A stretch of 64,000 nucleotides of DNA from Phoronis australis. Taxonomy: Eukaryota; Animalia; Phoronida. The position numbers and the translations under genes were made by a program. A model generated the notes under the pieces. That model was not told where the DNA came from. It ran no database searches and saw only the letters and a list, made by a program, of their open reading frames with translations. The DNA lies in contig NMRA01000598.1 in NCBI GenBank assembly GCA_002633005.1, positions 192,198 through 256,197 on the forward strand, given 5' to 3'. Of the stretch, positions 62,801 through 64,000 are shown piece after piece (the first letter of the stretch is position 1; the number at the start of each line of letters is the position of its first letter).

Positions 62801-63967
62801 TCATTGATGAACTTTGGCCAAGTGTGACGGGACGTTCGTAACTTTACGCTTATGATCCATTGGCAAAGTTTTCAACAGATTATGCAATGTGCGATTAAAA
62901 CGCTCACACTGTGAATTTCCCTCAGGATGATATGGGGTTGTACGGGATTTCTGAATGTCATATAATTTACACAACTGTTTAACCAGATCACTTTCAAAAT
63001 TGCGACCCTGATCGCTATGAATCCTGTCCGGAATACCGAACTTATTGAACCATTGCTCAGTCAGAGATAATTTACACAACTGTTTAACCAGATCGCTTTC
63101 AAAATTGAGACCCTCATCGCTATGAATCCTGTCCGGAATACCTACATGTAACGTATCGAACCATTGCCCAGTCAAAGCCTTGTCAACAGTCAGGGCAATT
63201 TGATTGCGAGTCACAACAACCTGCGTTAACTTCGAAAATACGCGGTCAGTCATCACTGAGACGTTTTCCCTACCGTCACTGGACGGCTCAAGAACAGTAA
63301 AATCAACGGCTAACCATAGGCAGATCTACAGGGGAGGTTCAGGGCATTCAACCCCCCCCCCCCNCGGGACAGGATCAAAAATAAAAATTGAAAAAATTCG
63401 CCAGAAAAACGAAACCAGCTACTAAAAACCGCAAAAAACCTTAGACGGGAGGGTGGAGCCCCTCCCGACATTCCTTCCTCTCGGCGCTACGCACTGACCT
63501 CAGATTCACTCGAATCCTAACACCTACCCGCCCCCGTTACTGAAAACGTAGATCTGCCACTGCTAACACTTCATTGGGTCTACATACTGACAAGTGACTC
63601 ATGATCGTCCTCGGTTTCTTTTAACGATTACTAATCAAAGCACATGTTCTCTCCTACCCTTGGTGCCCAGCTGCATCATGTAGAGACACCATAATTTCAT
63701 TTCGTAGCGACTGTGGCACACTTACACAACTAACATACTAACAACTTCATTACCAACTGACGAAACCCTGTTTATGAACACCTTTCTCCGATCTAAGTAC
63801 AGGTCATTCCAATACCTCAAAAATTTCCGTACACCGCTATTTGCAGTGTCACCAGGCTTACGTTTTGCTCGCAAGCATTCCATCACGTCACCAAGAATAC
63901 TATCATTTCGTTGTAAATTCACTAACTCGGTGTTATGTAGGGCAGGGAACGACGACGAAGTGTCCAA
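62801..63967 (-). mobile_element. Gypsy/Ty3 pol relic (integrase core and upstream linker)
   Basis: [53 protein letters not shown]; upstream LQRNDSILGDV...LRYWNDLYL; interrupted by a MITE. Confidence 0.88.
63315..63562 (-). mobile_element. CAGTGGC-type MITE with 5-bp TSD
   Basis: cataggcagatctac / gtagatctgccactg; CTAAC at 63310-63314 and 63563-63567. Confidence 0.85.
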
Positions 63968-64000
63968 CCCACTCCGTGTTGTAACTCCACAAAGCCAAGT

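Overview
Eukaryotic (invertebrate-animal-like, AT-rich, intron-containing) genomic window; no prokaryotic operon, rRNA, tRNA or CRISPR array is evident. It has three host genes: an intronless orphan class A GPCR (6192-7115, +), a TTC22-like TPR protein (28301-29683, +), and a five-coding-exon ARL15 gene on the minus strand (ATG 52989 to stop 36428, 223 aa, all splice phases consistent). The rest is dominated by transposable elements: a defective BEL/Pao LTR retrotransposon with a gap-bounded duplicate 3' end (13886-21808), Penelope-like, CR1/L2-type LINE, Gypsy and probable Academ relics, three Helentron-type HINE elements with internal higher-order repeats, and many nested MITEs with readable TIRs/TSDs. 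The most notable observations are IRF/NF-kB/STAT-like motif clusters upstream of the TTC22-like gene, a heat-shock-element cluster plus TATA box in an LTR-like segment, three unrelated MITEs sharing 5-bp TSDs, and overlapping uORFs at the ARL15 start. All calls were made by eye without database searches; nothing here demonstrates a new biological system.
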